A stretch of 64,000 nt of DNA, from NCBI GenBank assembly GCA_963823335.1, contig CAWGLD010000001.1, positions 736,001-800,000 of the forward strand, given 5' to 3'. Every line of letters starts with the position of its first letter. Within the stretch, counting starts at the first letter, position 1. The notes beneath the pieces are model-generated. The model ran no database searches and had not been told where the DNA came from. It saw nothing but the letters and a program-made list of their open reading frames with translations. Origin of the DNA: an uncultured delta proteobacterium (lineage in GTDB: Bacteria > Desulfobacterota > Desulfobacteria > Desulfobacterales > B30-G6). The position numbers and the translations under genes were made by a program. This document shows, one piece after another, positions 62,903-64,000 of this stretch.

Positions 62903-63922
62903 TTACAGGATCCTGAAAGCATCCGTCATATAAGGGACAATCTCATCGTCGGTTTTCCGAACGATGACAAACCCCTCCACATCTTTCAGGGAACGGATCA
63001 ATGCCATTCCCTGCTCGAGCCCCATCACCATGATTGCCGTTGCCAGACCGTCCGCAAACATACAGCTATCCGCTACGATGGAAACACTTACGACAGCATT
63101 GTTTACGGGATAGCCGGTTCTTGGGTCTATGATGTGAGAAAAGCGCTTGCCGCCGGTTTCGAAATAATTTCGATAGTCTCCACTGGTGGCCATGGCACGA
63201 TTGTGAAGGGGTACCACCTGGTAAACGTCGGTGGTTGAGGCGGTTGTGGATGGCCGGTTGATCCCCACGCGCCACGGTTGTCCATCTTTTCGGTATCCCG
63301 CGGCAAACACTTCCCCACCGATTTCCACCAGAAAGTGTTTTATTCCTGATGCTTGTAGCAGGTCAGAAATCTGGTCAACGGCGTATCCTTTGGCGATACT
63401 TGCCAGGTCAAGCGTGATGGTGCTTCTCTTTTTTTGAAGATATCCTTCCGGAAAGATGTCGATGTGCTGAAATCCAATCCAGCGCATCTGTTTTTCGATT
63501 TCGGATTCATCCGGCACCTGGTGCGCCTGCCGGGTATTGCCAAAACCCCAGAGATTGACCAGCGGCTTGATTGTGCCATCCCAGGCACCACCGGTTTTCT
63601 CGTATATGTCTCTGGCCGCCAGCATGACCTGAAGAAAGTCATCCGACACGGCCAGTCTTTCCCGCGTGTCCTGGATGGCATTGAACCGGCTGATTTCACT
63701 GTCCGGAAGATACGTGGACATGCTCTGGTTGATGGCCTGCAGCCGCTTGTCGATCTTGTCTTTTAATCCGGACATGCTTTTGAAATATCCGGTGATGAGT
63801 TTGACCTGATAGGTCGTGCCCATGGTGGTGCCGTCAAAAACCACTTCCTTCTGTCCGCCACAGGCGGACAAAAAGAGCAGCGATAGGATGCATGGGATGA
63901 TTTTTCTCACTATTGGATTCAT
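62903..63922 (-). CDS. apbE: FAD:protein FMN transferase lipoprotein
   Basis: Lipobox LSAC, GTTMGT, DLASIAKGYAVD, ATSGDYRN, HIIDPRTG, ADGLATA. Confidence 0.95.
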   Translation of the reverse strand: MNPIVRKIIPCILSLLFLSACGGQKEVVFDGTTMGTTYQVKLITGYFKSMSGLKDKIDKRLQAINQSMSTYLPDSEISRFNAIQDTRERLAVSDDFLQVMLAARDIYEKTGGAWDGTIKPLVNLWGFGNTRQAHQVPDESEIEKQMRWIGFQHIDIFPEGYLQKKRSTITLDLASIAKGYAVDQISDLLQASGIKHFLVEIGGEVFAAGYRKDGQPWRVGINRPSTTASTTDVYQVVPLHNRAMATSGDYRNYFETGGKRFSHIIDPRTGYPVNNAVVSVSIVADSCMFADGLATAIMVMGLEQGMALIRSLKDVEGFVIVRKTDDEIVPYMTDAFRIL

Positions 63923-64000
63923 AATTGTTCTATGGAGCTGTAAGCGATAAGCTGTAAGCCTTAAGCAGCTAACTGCTTAGAGCTTACAGCTTAATGCTTA

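Overview
64 kb of a bacterial chromosome whose gene content resembles an anaerobic deltaproteobacterium (Desulfobacterota-like; this is inferred, not proven). Bases 1-40,700 are mostly core genes: a methylmalonyl-CoA cluster (mce, scpA, meaB, carboxyltransferase, transcarboxylase/pyruvate carboxylase B, sucC), tgt/queA, gatB and gatCA, mutL, argS, tRNA-Val(GAC), rimO and etfBA. Bases 41,000-64,000 form a signalling island: a histidine kinase, an HD protein with a phosphodiesterase-like motif, a frameshifted CHASE2-SpoIIE gene, a frameshifted FecR-TPR-beta-barrel receptor, REC, STAS and RsbW-like proteins, two class III cyclases with a Glu (GTP-type) specificity residue, a cNMP-binding protein, an MMPL-cNMP-degenerate GGDEF fusion and ApbE. 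Intergenic DNA is dense with small mobile or structured elements. Highlights: (1) an HUH/Y1 transposase element with six tandem, sequence-diverged copies of its own 5' end, each with a fixed start and a different 3' breakpoint; (2) four-helix-bundle (23S rRNA IVP-like) gene remnants inside elements with terminal inverted repeats and 8-bp target duplications, or between inverted short-period flanks; (3) a dispersed ~41-bp two-hairpin motif with compensatory changes upstream of core genes; (4) a candidate cGMP/partner-switching circuit. All calls come from reading the sequence; no database searches were run.
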